Assembly: GCA_964247055.1 (NCBI GenBank)
Contig: OZ176057.1
Span: 3,224,001-3,288,000, forward strand
Direction: 5' to 3'
From: Paragordius varius
Taxonomy: Eukaryota; Animalia; Nematomorpha
Length of the DNA: 64,000 bases
Shown here: piece after piece, positions 1-12,534 of the stretch
How positions within the stretch are numbered: position 1 is the stretch's first letter
Layout: every line of letters begins with the position of its first letter
Notes under the pieces: generated by a model
Seen by the model: the letters and a program-made list of their open reading frames with translations, nothing else
Database searches by the model: none
What the model was told of the DNA's origin: nothing
Program-made: the position numbers and the translations under genes

Positions 1-107
1 AGATACTTATTTTATGAAATAAAATTATGGCGCCCAATGCATCAGCCCCCATCTAGCTACGCCTCTGTTTATTGCTATTAACACTATTTATTTGAAATAT
101 TGGGTAG

Positions 108-159
<52 letters not shown>

Positions 160-265
160 TTTAATAAAAATACTTAAATAAGAAATATTATTTGGGAGTC
201 TAATATTAGTGTTATAAAATTGAAGTTTGTTTTATTTAGCATTTTTTTACTACTTAAATTATGAT

Positions 266-309
<44 letters not shown>

Positions 310-555
310 TCCGAAAACAACAAATTATAAGATTGAACCAAGATTTATGTTGAATAAGAGATTATTATTTGAAACGGCATAAAATTAATCATCATAATCT
401 ATAAACAAAAATTAAAAGCATTTGCATCAAAACCAAGCCAAAAAATTATCATTAACGCCCTAAGCCGATTGGCTGGATTATTTTTTAATATTATTAATAA
501 TGCATCCTTTAACAATTACATACAGACTCTTCTAATTTCTTAAGTTATATCCTTT

Positions 556-1836
556 ATGAATGTCATCATAGAAATATCAAGTTTTAAACCTTTGTTAACC
601 CAAAATCCGGCCGAAACATTTTGTGTATTCTATATTCGGTCACTTCTATTTTTATCCTTTTTTGCATTATTAGTTAATAGTTATGTCCTGTACGTTTTAT
701 TAATCAAAATTAAAACGCCATATCGCCCATACTATTTTTTACAATGTATAACGGTTGTAAATATATTAATTAGTATAAATACCCTAGTCACAGTTAGTCT
801 TTACTATATAGTTGGTGGACACTTTGCTCCTAACTGTATACTTATCAATTTTTTGACCAAATTAGTCGTTTCTATAAAACTTATATTGGCTATGCTTAAT
901 TGTTACCTCATCTTAATGTTATTTGCGGATCGGCTCTATGGACTGATATGTTTTACTAGATTACGGTGGCTTAGAAGTCAAAAATTTTATATACTATCAC
1001 CGTATATCTTGTTTTTCATCATATCTATTCCTCACATAGTTGATTACCGATTGAGTGATGTTTATATGGTACAAACATTAAATTCCGATATAGTTTACAA
1101 TGTTTTAGATTGCAAAAGTGAATCTGCATATGGTACAATATTAAACAATACAAGTGTAACATCTATGAAAAATCATAGCCTACCAATCAAAATTCCCCCT
1201 AAAATACCCCTTTGTCTACTCTACCATGGCAAATCAAGGTATAATGTTCAATATGTCCGCCGAATTATAATAAGTTATGCAGTAATAATAGTAACATTGG
1301 CTATTACCCTGACCGTAATGATTTATGTAGTTGTTTTTTACCTCCTGAAATATAAAAAACGGAGATCCACGGTATTTGCCGATAAAAGTCCGCATGTAAT
1401 TAAGTCTATCATCCTGGCTACTGTCGGAAATACTAGTTTTTCACCGCTGAAAAATGATAAGTCAAATAAATCTTTGACACCTATTTTAAATAACTTCTAT
1501 GGCGTTAATCGAATTCGCCAGTGGAATAGAAAAATACAACGAAACAGATTACCTCCTGTTTTCCAAAAATCAATTCAAAAATTTTTTTGTCTGTACCTAC
1601 TCATTTTGGGCCATTTCCTTATGATAGCTCCTTCATATATTGTTTATATATGTTTTAGTCGATATTATGTTTTGCGAATGGAACCGCCCATAAAACTCCT
1701 TTACGCAAAACCGATAACAAAAATCATTAAACTTTTATCACTATTTTATACCATTATCTATGTTTTATGTGATCCAAACCTACGAAAGGTATTTAAAAAG
1801 TCATTCTACCCCAAAAGTCAAATTAGATGCTGCTGA
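556..1836 (+). CDS. Intronless class A (rhodopsin-like) 7TM GPCR, divergent/orphan, 426 aa
   Basis: Seven hydrophobic segments. DRY-like ADRLY at the end of TM3, Cys in TM3 and ECL2, long basic ICL3, TM6 HFLMIAPSY, TM7/helix-8 YTIIYVLCDPNLRKVF. Confidence 0.85.
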   Translation: MNVIIEISSFKPLLTQNPAETFCVFYIRSLLFLSFFALLVNSYVLYVLLIKIKTPYRPYYFLQCITVVNILISINTLVTVSLYYIVGGHFAPNCILINFLTKLVVSIKLILAMLNCYLILMLFADRLYGLICFTRLRWLRSQKFYILSPYILFFIISIPHIVDYRLSDVYMVQTLNSDIVYNVLDCKSESAYGTILNNTSVTSMKNHSLPIKIPPKIPLCLLYHGKSRYNVQYVRRIIISYAVIIVTLAITLTVMIYVVVFYLLKYKKRRSTVFADKSPHVIKSIILATVGNTSFSPLKNDKSNKSLTPILNNFYGVNRIRQWNRKIQRNRLPPVFQKSIQKFFCLYLLILGHFLMIAPSYIVYICFSRYYVLRMEPPIKLLYAKPITKIIKLLSLFYTIIYVLCDPNLRKVFKKSFYPKSQIRCC

Positions 1837-1958
1837 CTCTGGCAACCAGAAGCATAGCTTACATATCTATCACCTGGTGAATGAATCCGAGATGGCGTTC
1901 CCCTCCATGCAACTTCTGCATTTTAAAATAATAATCAAATTTAAACCGTGATCATGAC

Positions 1959-2124
1959 AAGTGGCGTACCGAGCATTTGCTGCGCCCGGGGCATAAAACT
2001 TTTATGGCGACCCTCCCCCCCCCTCCTTTTTTTGAAAGCCAATAAAACAATTTAGTAAAAAAACGTTGCAACCTAAACACCATATATAAGACTCCCTCAG
2101 TCATATAAATTTTAAATCTATTAA

Positions 2125-2155
<31 letters not shown>

Positions 2156-3512
2156 TAAATTTATTCTAAACAAATACATACATGTAAATATTATAATAAA
2201 TTCTATAATATGTGATTCAGATATTCATAAAGTAATTATTTATATAGAAATTTGGGATTGTAGGATGTTACTTCCAAGTCGAAAAGATGTCAAACCTAAA
2301 GTTTCCTAACTTTTATAACTCGATACGGAGTATATCTGTTTCCCAATTTAACGGTTGCAATTCAATTGCTTTTAATTATTTTAACGTCAGTCGCTAGTTG
2401 TGAAAGGTCATTCAGCAATTTGAAATTAATTTTAACATTTATACGATCGACAATGGGTTAAGATTGTTTTAATCACTTAACCTTGTTTGGTAAAGAAAAA
2501 TTCAATATGATAGATTGTAATGATTAATTAAAAATGCAATATCAAAATCCAGAAAAATTTTTACCTAAAAGAAACTTTTTCTCTTATTTAATAACTTTCC
2601 TTTCCAAGTGGAAAAATCTCATTTATATTTAATATTTTACGTATACGTGTCAATAAATTTTTGATATCTAACAAAAATCCAAATTTAAAATTTACATCTC
2701 TTAGCCTAGAGAATCGCTTTTCCATTCCGTGTTGCACTTTATCCAATACCTGTTTCATCTGAGAATTTTTTTGGTTTTGTACCATGGTTTGATATAGAAA
2801 CATTCCATTTACATTCAAGTTTATTTTTTGGCTTCCTCGCAAAGTTGATTCCGAATACCTGATTATTCAATAGTTAAGGACTTAAGCTCCTTAAATTCTT
2901 CATTAACTTGCAATCTATGTTGCCCTATCCATTCTTCTAAATATTTGATGCCAGAAAAAAATTAATAGTCAAAAATTTAAATTTACAACGCTCTGAAGTA
3001 AAACGGATGCCTCACTTCTTGTTTCACTAGTATTTGCTTTTACTAAAATCTTCTAATAGCTTCAAATCATCTATTCCCTTAACAATGGCATTAACTGCAT
3101 GAATTCTAGCACTCCATCGGGTTTTAGACTCACGCTACAGTTTTTATAGTTTATTTTGTAAAAGGTTTCATCTAATAGTTGAACGTGGAAAAAAATATAG
3201 ATATTTTTATTACTCCAAACAAGTGCCTGATAAAGAAACGTTTTTTAAGTGAAAAAATAAGTGTGCACATGTTGAAGGGAATAATGAAAGTTGTTTTTTG
3301 CATAATGTTTGATCTTGATCTCATTTATATAATTTTTATATTATTTTAGGGATTATTACGTAAATTGCTGAAAAACTTGCTTGAAAGTTGTTTTATTTTT
3401 GCATATTAATTTTATTAAAAAATCATTTAGGCGACTCTAAATAACGGCGCTCGGGGCATTATGCACCCCCTTGCCCCCCTTGCCCTCCCCCACCCCGGTG
3501 GGTACGCCACTG
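1959..3512 (-). mobile_element. Defective hAT (ZMYM1-like) DNA transposon with an internally inverted C-terminal segment
   Basis: TIRs AAGTGGCGTACC (1959) and GGTACGCCACTG (3501-3512). The minus strand encodes SKTRWSARIHAV and FGFLLDIK core motifs (about 2590-3400). The plus strand encodes FPNLTVAIQLLLIILTSVASCERSFSNLKLILTFIRSTMG, the hAT dimerisation domain (from 2339). Stops are present. Confidence 0.85.
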
Positions 3513-5929
3513 AATATTGGGTTTGGTTAGATGTATAATAAAGTTATATGCACTTTTGTGGTAATTAATCGATATCGCAAAAGCGCAAACTTAGCGCACG
3601 CTAAATAATTTTTTGGAAAAACAAAAATATTCTATTCCATATTATAATCCTCAAAATACATAAATCTAAAAACATTTTTATTCCGAAATTTGATTTGTAT
3701 TTGTTGAAGAGTATATGGGGACTGAAGAAAACGTTAGAAAACGCTGTAAGATATTTTTAAAAAACTTTTTTTATCATTACACCTTCTTTTGGGGTAGTTT
3801 TATAACCCAGGGCCATTTATATTTTGATTTTATTTTTAGCATTGCACCTTTTAAACAGCAATTTCTTGAGCCTTTTAGGCTATTTAACAAAGATTTTTTT
3901 AATGTAATATTGTAAAAAAACATCATCTAAACTTATTTCGCTTCCATTTATTTTAATTTTTTTTAAATCGTGTACATCAGGCAAATAAATGTAGATTATA
4001 GTTAAAGAAATAACTTTAAAACACTTTCAAATTTTAATCTAATATATTTATGCTATTTATGGATTTAAATATCAGTATTAGCTTTAATGTTTTGGAGCTA
4101 TCTGAGTTTAGGACTCTAGAAGTTAAAAAACTGTAAAAACTTATTTTTTATTTAATACTTGACAAGAGAATTTAATAATTAAATTTTAACCTAATTAACT
4201 TATGAAACAGTAGTTTATTTACTACATTAAGCTCTGGGGTCATCGCGTAGAAAAAAAATGAAATTGAAATTAAGTTTAAAATCACTTGTAATGGTCGAAA
4301 CCAAAAACACCATAATAATGCTAATATATATTCCTATCAAAAAAATATATTAACGGGATAATAATTTGTGGACACGGTGTTAAATTTTAGCCAATCTACG
4401 AAATCTTAGTTTATTTACAAGCTCTAGGGTATGAAACTTTCCCAAAATATAATTATCTACAATAAAATCAGAAGGTAATGATATTTGCTATGGTTTTTTT
4501 ACTTTAAACATTAAAAAATTTGGTTTAGGTAATTATTTAAAAAAATAAATTGAAAAATTTTTTAGTATCAGAACTAATAATTTATCGATAATTGTCCTTT
4601 GAGTATAGAGTTAATGGTAGTAAAAAAGTCAAAATTTGTTTGTAGTTATTGAATACTCTTGTATATTTAATAATTTTATATTTTAAAAATATCGCTTTAA
4701 CAACAATTATTTATATTTTTAATGCTTTCAAACTTCTAAATATTACAAATATTACCTAAATTGTATTTCAATCTAAATAAAAACGTATTTCACACTTCAA
4801 ATATTGGGCAAACGAATGAATAGTAATTATAAGCATCAATTTAAAATGTATTAAAAACAGCATTTTAAAGGATTTAACAGTTAACATAAACATTAACCTC
4901 TCATCTTTGCTCCTTATATCGAGAAAGTTTGCCGATTTTCAAGTATCGGTATAAAGTCAAGCTTTCTTCAACTAAACAGATAATGATATTCGAATCACAG
5001 AATTATTGGATTATTAAATTTCAACAAAAACAACCTTTAGAGGATAAAAGTTTAAGCTTTGACATAAAAACTAAACTAAAATGAAAAGGTAATTTATCGC
5101 ATTAATTTACAAATAACCATTGCTTTTTTACCAATCCACCCTTCACCTTTGCTCCTACTACCGAGAAAAATTTACGGGTTATAAGTATCGGTACAAAGTC
5201 GATTTTCAACTAAAAAATTTATCAATCACAGCAAAATGCACTCAACTTCTATCAATGGCTATAAAATAATAATTGCAAACATTTATTTTGTACACTCTCA
5301 TCAATTCTTAATATAAATAAGGCCTATCTTAATATATCAAGTCACCAGTTTTATGAGATGAAAATTTTTAGAAAATAAGTATTATATAGTTTAATGATTT
5401 TGAAAAATATTTATTCCAATAAATAATATTATAAAAGTTATTATATAAAATGTGTATATCCATGGTTTATGGTGAAACTGATATTAAAAATTAAGCCGTG
5501 AGTCTTAATCTTTTACCTGTATCAACTGTGTTGATAATAAAAATATATGGCAAATGCAAAATTATCAAACATTAGTATCTTTTTATTTTATTATGTTAAA
5601 TTTAAATATAAAATCTAAATCTGTGCAATTTAGCCGAAACGATTATTTCACTAGGTATATGAAAATTAATAATTTACCACTAAAGATTATGGGTGAAATT
5701 TCACATATTAAAGATGTTTGTGTGAATTTAAGCTTCTATAAATAATAAATGAAGTGGCAAGAATGCTTGTGTCTAAGTTCTTTTAAGGAAAATCCAAAAT
5801 CAAAATCCAATTCTATTAATCGAATCAAAATAATGGTTAAAATATACTGTGAGCGAAATCGGGGTGTATAAAAAATATTTAGAGAAATTACATATATTTT
5901 GCAAGAGGAATGTTTATAGGTAATATTGG

Positions 5930-6160
5930 CAGAGGTGTAACTTGCATTTCTGGGGTCCAATGCATGAATCAGTTATGGCGCCCCTTTCCCTTCATGCATT
6001 CCCTTGCATTTAAAAAAAATCCCATTCAAACCTGTGGACAAGACCACTCATAAATGAGTGATTTTTTACGTATTATTTAAGATAATAATTGTTAGATACT
6101 TATTTTATGAAATAAAATTATGGCGCCCAATGCATCAGCCCCCATCTAGCTACGCCTCTG
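5930..6160. mobile_element. hAT-type MITE (about 230 bp); the right end of another copy is at 1-67 and a related end is at 39734
   Basis: Imperfect TIRs CAGAGGTGTAACT / AGCTACGCCTCTG. CAGAGGTGTAGCTAG...GGGGCTGATGC at 39734 matches the reverse complement of the right end. Confidence 0.75.
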
Positions 6161-6199
6161 TTTATGGCTATTAACACTATTTATTTGAAATATTGGGTA

Positions 6200-6304
<105 letters not shown>

Positions 6305-6430
6305 TAATAAAAACACTTAAATAAGAAATATATTTGGGAGTCTAATATTAGTGTTATAAAATTGAAGTTTGTTTTATTTTGCATTTTTTTTTACTTCATA
6401 AATTATGATGACATATATATACATATACAA

Positions 6431-6468
<38 letters not shown>

Positions 6469-6717
6469 TTATCTGAAAACAGCAAAATATTAGATTGAAC
6501 CAAGATTTATGTTGAATAAGAGATTATTTTTTGAAACGGCATAAAATTAATCATCATAATCTATAAACAAAAATTAAAAGCATTTGCATCAAAACCAAGC
6601 CAAAAAATTATCATTAACGCCCTAAGCTGATTGGCTGGATTATATTTAAATATTATTAATAATTCATCCTTTAACAATTACATACACACTCTTCTAATTT
6701 CTTAAGTTATATCCTTC

Positions 6718-7991
6718 ATGAATGTCATCATAGAAATATCAAGTTTTAAACCTTTGTTAACCCAAAATGCGGCCGAAACATTTTGTGTATTCTATATTCG
6801 ATCACTTCTATTTTTATCCTTTTTTGCATTATTAGTTAATAGTTATGTCCTGTACGTTTTATTAATCAAAATTAAAACGCCATATCGCCCATATTATTTT
6901 TTACAATGTATAACGGTTGTAAATATATTAATTAGTATAAATACCCTGTTCACAGTTAGTCTTTACTATATAGTTGGTGGAAACTTTGCTCCTAAGTGTA
7001 TACTTATCAATTTTTTGACCAAATTAGTCGTTTCTATAAAACTTATATTGGCTATGCTTAATTGTTACCTCATCTTAATGTTATTTGCGGATCGGCTCTA
7101 TGGACTGATATATTTTACTAGATTACGGTGGCTTAGAAGTCAAAAATTTTATATACTATCACCGTATATCTTGTTTTTCATCATTTCTATTCCTCACATA
7201 GTTGATTACCGATTGAGTGATGTTTATATGGTACAAACATTAAATTCCGATATAGTTTACAATGTTTTAGATTGCAAAAGTGAATCTGCATATGGTACAA
7301 TATTAAACAATACAAGTGTAACATCTATGAAAAATCATAGCCTACCAATCAAGATTCCCCCTAAAATACCCCTTTGTCTACTCTACCATGGCAAATCAAG
7401 GTATAATGTTCAATATGTCCGCCGAATTATAATAAGTTATGCAGTAATAATAATAACATTGGCTATTACCCTAACCGTAATGATTTATGTAGTTGTTTTT
7501 TACCTCCTGAAATATAAAAAACGGCGAGCCACGGTATTTGCCGTCCGCATGTAATTAAGCCTATCATCTTGGCTACTGTCGGAAATACTAGTTTTTCACC
7601 GCTGAAAAATGATAAGTCAAATAAATCTTTGACACCTATTTTAAATAACTTCTATGGCGTTAATCGAATTCGCCCGTGGAATGGAAAAACACAACGAAAC
7701 AGATTATCTCTTGTTTTTCAAAAATCAATTCGAAAATTCCTTTGTTTGTACCTACTCATTTTGGGCCATTTCCTTATGATAGCTCCTTCATATATTGTTT
7801 ATATATGTTTTAGCCAATATTATGTTTTGCGAATGGAACCGCCCATAAAACTACTTTACGCAAAACCGATAACAAAAATCATTAAACTCTTATCCTTATT
7901 TTATACCATTATCTATGTTTTATGTGATCCAAACCTACGAAAGGTTTTTAAAAAGTCATTCTACCCCAAAAATCAAATTAGATGCTGCTGA
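6718..7991 (+). pseudogene. Duplicate GPCR copy disrupted by a 7-bp deletion; ORFs 6718-7554 and 7569-7991 are its two halves
   Basis: Near-identical to 556-1836. Copy 1 reads TTTGCC-GATAAAA-GTCCGC (1381-1387) and copy 2 reads TTTGCC-GTCCGC (7542/7543), giving TAA at 7552-7554 just after TM5. Confidence 0.85.
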
Positions 7992-8112
7992 CTCTGGCAA
8001 ACAGAGGCATAGCTTACATATCTATCACCTGGTGCATGAATCCGGGATGGCGTTCTCCTGCATGCAACTCCTGCATTTAAAAAAATAATCAAATTCAAAC
8101 CGTGATCATGAC

Positions 8113-8215
8113 CAGTTGCATACCGAGCATTTGCTCCGCCCGAACGTTGCAACCTAAACACCATAGATACGACTCCTCAGTCATATAAAACTTAAATTAA
8201 TTAAATATATATAAT

Positions 8216-8249
<34 letters not shown>

Positions 8250-9607
8250 AAACTAAATTTATTCTAAACAAATACATACATGTAAATATTCTAATAAATT
8301 CTATAATATGTGATTTAAAAAATAATTGTAAATCTTTAGGCGAATTTTACAATGCAGATTCTCATGGAGTAGATATTTTTATAGAAATTTGGGATTGTAG
8401 GATGTTACTTCTAAGTCGAAAAGATGTCAAACCTAAAGTTTCCTAACTTTTATAACTCGATATGGAGTAGATCTGTTTCCCAATTTAACGGTTGCAATTC
8501 GATTGCTTTTAATTATTTTAACGTCAGTCGCTAGTTGTGAAAGGTCATTCAGCAATTTGAAATTAATTTTAACATTTATACGATCGACGATGGGTTAAGA
8601 TTGTTTTAATCACTTAACCTTGTTTGATAAAGAAAAATTTAATATGATAGATTGTAATGATTAATTAAAAATGCAATATCAAAATCCAGAAAATTTTTAC
8701 CTAAAAGAAACTTTTTCTCTTATTTACCACTTTCCTTTCCAAGTGGTAAAATCTCATTTTATATTTAATATTTTACGTATACGTGTCAATAAATTTTTGA
8801 TATCTAACAAATTCCAAATTTAAATTTTACATCTCTTAGCCTAAAGATTCGCTTTTCCATTCCGTGTTGCACTTTATCCAATACCTGTTTCATCTGGGAA
8901 TTTTTTTAGCTTTGTACCTGGTTTGATATAGAAACATCCCATTCACATACAAGTTTATTTTTTGGCTTCCTCGCAAAGTTGTTTCCGAAAATCTGATAAG
9001 TCAATAGTTAAGGACTCAAGCTCCTTTAATTCTTCATTAAAATTAATTTCAGGATCTTGCAATCTATGTTGAAACTTATCGATTCTTCTAAGTATTTGAT
9101 GCCTGAAAAAAATTAATGTTAAAAATTGAAATTTGAAACACTCTGAAGTAAAACGGATGTCTCACTTCTTGTTTCACTAGTATTTGCAGTATTTATACTT
9201 AAATCTTCTAATATCTTCAAATCATCTATTCCCTTAACAATGGAATTAACTACTGGAATTCTAGCACTCCATCGGGTTTCAGACTAACGATTAACAGTTT
9301 TTTTAGTTTATTTTGTAATAGGTTCCATCTAATAGTTAAACGTGAATAGAAGATAGATAATTAAACAAACGTTTTTAAGCGAAAAAATAAGTTACATGTA
9401 GGGAATAACTACATGATATAATGTTTGATCTTGATTTCATTTATATAACTTTTATATTATATTAGGGATTATTATGTAAATTGCTGAAAACCACTTAAAA
9501 GTTGTTAATTTTGCATAATTTAAATTAAATAAAAAAATTAATTAGGCGCCTCTATAACGGCGCCCTGGGCATGATGCACCCCCTTGCCCCTCCTTGGTAT
9601 GCCAATA
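8113..9607 (-). mobile_element. Second copy of the defective hAT element
   Basis: Colinear with 1959-3512. Ends are CAGTTGCATACC and GGTATGCCAATA, with the same split-orientation transposase remnants. Confidence 0.85.
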
Positions 9608-9759
9608 AAGGGGAGAGAACCATTTCAAATCCAAAGTGTAAATTTGGATTGGTTGGTTAGTTTTTAATAACTGAATTTCGGTCTCAATTATTTTATTTTT
9701 TTATATTCTTAACGCTATAATTCAATATTTCCAGATTATCTCTCATAAGGCAGCGACCA

Positions 9760-11970
9760 TCATAGAATAATGTGACCATATAGGCTGTTCAGTACAGATT
9801 TCAGGAAAACAGGCACTGCTCCCACTTTTGTACTGCTTTTTGAAATTATAAAAAATTTAATTTTTTATAAATATATATTAATTATCTTTTATTTATTCAA
9901 AAAAATTATTTTAAAAATAACCTCATAATTTGTAAAGAAATGGTTCATTTTGCGGTAAAAAACTAAGATTGGCTTATTTTTAATTGGTTAATATATTTTC
10001 GCAAATCATACATAAAATTAGATTTTGGATCAGTAAAACCGCTTATGATTCAGCCTTTCGCGCGGCGAAACTATAAATATCGGACTCCACCGTATTCATG
10101 TTAATGGATCTTTTACTCAGAGCGTCCGCAAAAAGAGGTGCCTCTAAATTTAAAATTAACAAAATTGATTCATGATTTTTTAATGAATGTTTGATCAGGT
10201 TTAGAAAGTTCATTTTTTTATAATTATCAAACGGAAAATTATAGAGAAAATTGTTACCGTATTATTTAAAATTTATTATATATGACGTATGATTTCGAAA
10301 TACCTTTTTTTCGTATAAGAGTCTTTATGTTTTCTATAATCATTAGGTGGTAAGTATGTATTTCTTAATTTTTTTCCTAAACTTTAATTTTTATTAGTTT
10401 TCTTATGTTTTTGCGTAAACAAATTTGATATTTTGTTGAAGCGTACTTCAAACTATTTTTCAAGCATGATGGAAACGGTGCAGCGCTTTAAGATATAATA
10501 AAACCCTTTTTCTAAATAATTCGATGATGTTGAACATTACTATAGGTTGAGAATTTAAGTTTTAAGATCTGTTTGCTTGCAAATTTTGGTATTTTTGTGA
10601 AAACACACAAATTTTTATTTTTATATCACTGTGTGCAAAAAATTTTAAACAAAATATTTTTTTCATAAGATAGCTTATGACCAGCGTATTCATTTGCCGC
10701 AAAAACTTTTTATTTGTTTATGACCTGGTTTTGAAATATTGAGAGAAAATCGAAATCGGGCAAAAAGTGATAATTAAGGATAATAAAAGATAATTCAAAA
10801 AATGATAAAAGTCAAGATATTATGGTTTATTATCATTTTAGGAGATATTTGCATTTAATAGCCTTAAATCATACAGTTAGGTTTTCTACAAAATCATAGT
10901 ACAAAAGATGGCGTTTCTCTTTTAACACACTTAAAAGACAAAATATTTTTTATGAAACTATATTAATAACTTTTTTAATTATTTGCTAGCTAAACTCACT
11001 ATTAAAATCTTGACATTCATTTATTCAGTAAAAAAACTTATGCATCAAAATTAAACTAAAAAATTTTGTTTTTTAATTTTTTTTGTTTCATGGTTTATGA
11101 CGGTATGAAAAAACTTAATGTTTTGTTTTGTTTCACATGAGCGGATATTATAAAGTATATAAATTAATACAAATAAAATTTACAAGCAGTGGAAAATCAA
11201 CCAAAAATCCGTACATATCCCAGTAAAAATATGGATTTGTGTTAAAACAAACTTGCAGGAATTTGTATGCATTTTGGGTGTTTAAAGAAAAACGTCATCT
11301 TTGAACTGAGATTTTATAGAAACCCTAAATATATGATTTTAGATTTATATTGAAAATATCTCCTAAACCATAAAATCTCAACTTTTATCATTATTTTTTG
11401 AATTATCTTAAATTTTCACGATTTCGCTTTTCTCTATTTTTTACAAAAACTAGGTCATCAATAAAATTTTTGCGTCAAATGAATTCGCTGGTCATAAGCT
11501 ATCTCATGAAAAAAAAATTTGTTAAAAAAATTAACCCTCTTTTTTGCACACAGTGGATCTAATGGTATTACATCTTAACAGTTTATATCGTTTCCATCAT
11601 GCTCAAAATAGTATAAACGCTTCAACAAAATTTGCTAAAATTTAAATTTTGAGAGTATGATTTTTTAAAAAATATATTTAGTCGATATCAATTAGCATAT
11701 ATTTTAAATTATTGCACACTGTCGAAATTTTTGCGTTTCTTTTAAGAAGACAGACCATTTAAAAAAGCTAAAAAATTTTGTGATTTTCTAAACCACACCA
11801 TAATAATACTGATATTTTCCCATCAATATATATATATATATTTCATCTGGATATTTTTTGTGGAAACTGTGTATTATACCACACCGATAGTGTAAACACA
11901 GGAAAAGTATGTTTTAATTTTGTACTGCGTCTAAGTTCAAAATATCTGGTCACATTATCGTAGTATCCAG
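9760..11970. mobile_element. Non-autonomous element with long internal inverted repeats (arms about 10432-10928 and 11278-11640); internally deleted relative at about 56575-56900
   Basis: ATAATGTGACCA near 9768 is the reverse complement of TGGTCACATTAT near 11947. Arm segments such as AAGCATGATGGAAACG and GATAGCTTATGACCAGCG have reverse-complement partners. No coding remnant was recognised. Confidence 0.55.
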
Positions 11971-12534
11971 CCATATATATATATATATATATATATACAT
12001 ACCTGTAAAAAGGAAATTTTATAACTTTTTTAAAATCTGAGAATATAAAATATATCTAAATTGAAAATATCTAATCTGTTAGATAAATATATCAGGATTA
12101 TCATACAATTTTGTTTTTGGCCTTACAAATGATTCAGAACAGGATAGTCCAACACGGGCCCTCCAAAATATTTATGTTCCTCAATGCAAAATATTACGAG
12201 ATCGAAGAATATGGATTTCTTAAACAAATTTTCTGAAAAGATCTTCCCAAATTTTGGGAAAGAACTAGCTAAATTTATTTATATAAACAGTGGATTTGCA
12301 GTCTTATGTTTGAAGTCTACTAAAATATTTTTTAGTGTCCATATATTTGCGAATACAGCCCTCGGATTTTTTGATGCGAAAGCGCTGCCCGCAACATTTG
12401 TGTTGAACACCCCTGAAAAGTCATAACCCGTTTTGTGGGAGCTGCTCTATGTTAAAAAACGACAAAATTTGCGCACATTATTTTAAATATAATATTTTGG
12501 TGAAAGCCATTTACAAAAATTATTAAATTATATC

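Noticed and set aside
7569-7991. Separate 140-aa gene, or programmed frameshift rescuing GPCR copy 2
   Set aside because: It is simply the out-of-frame tail after a 7-bp deletion, and no slippery site or stimulatory structure is evident.
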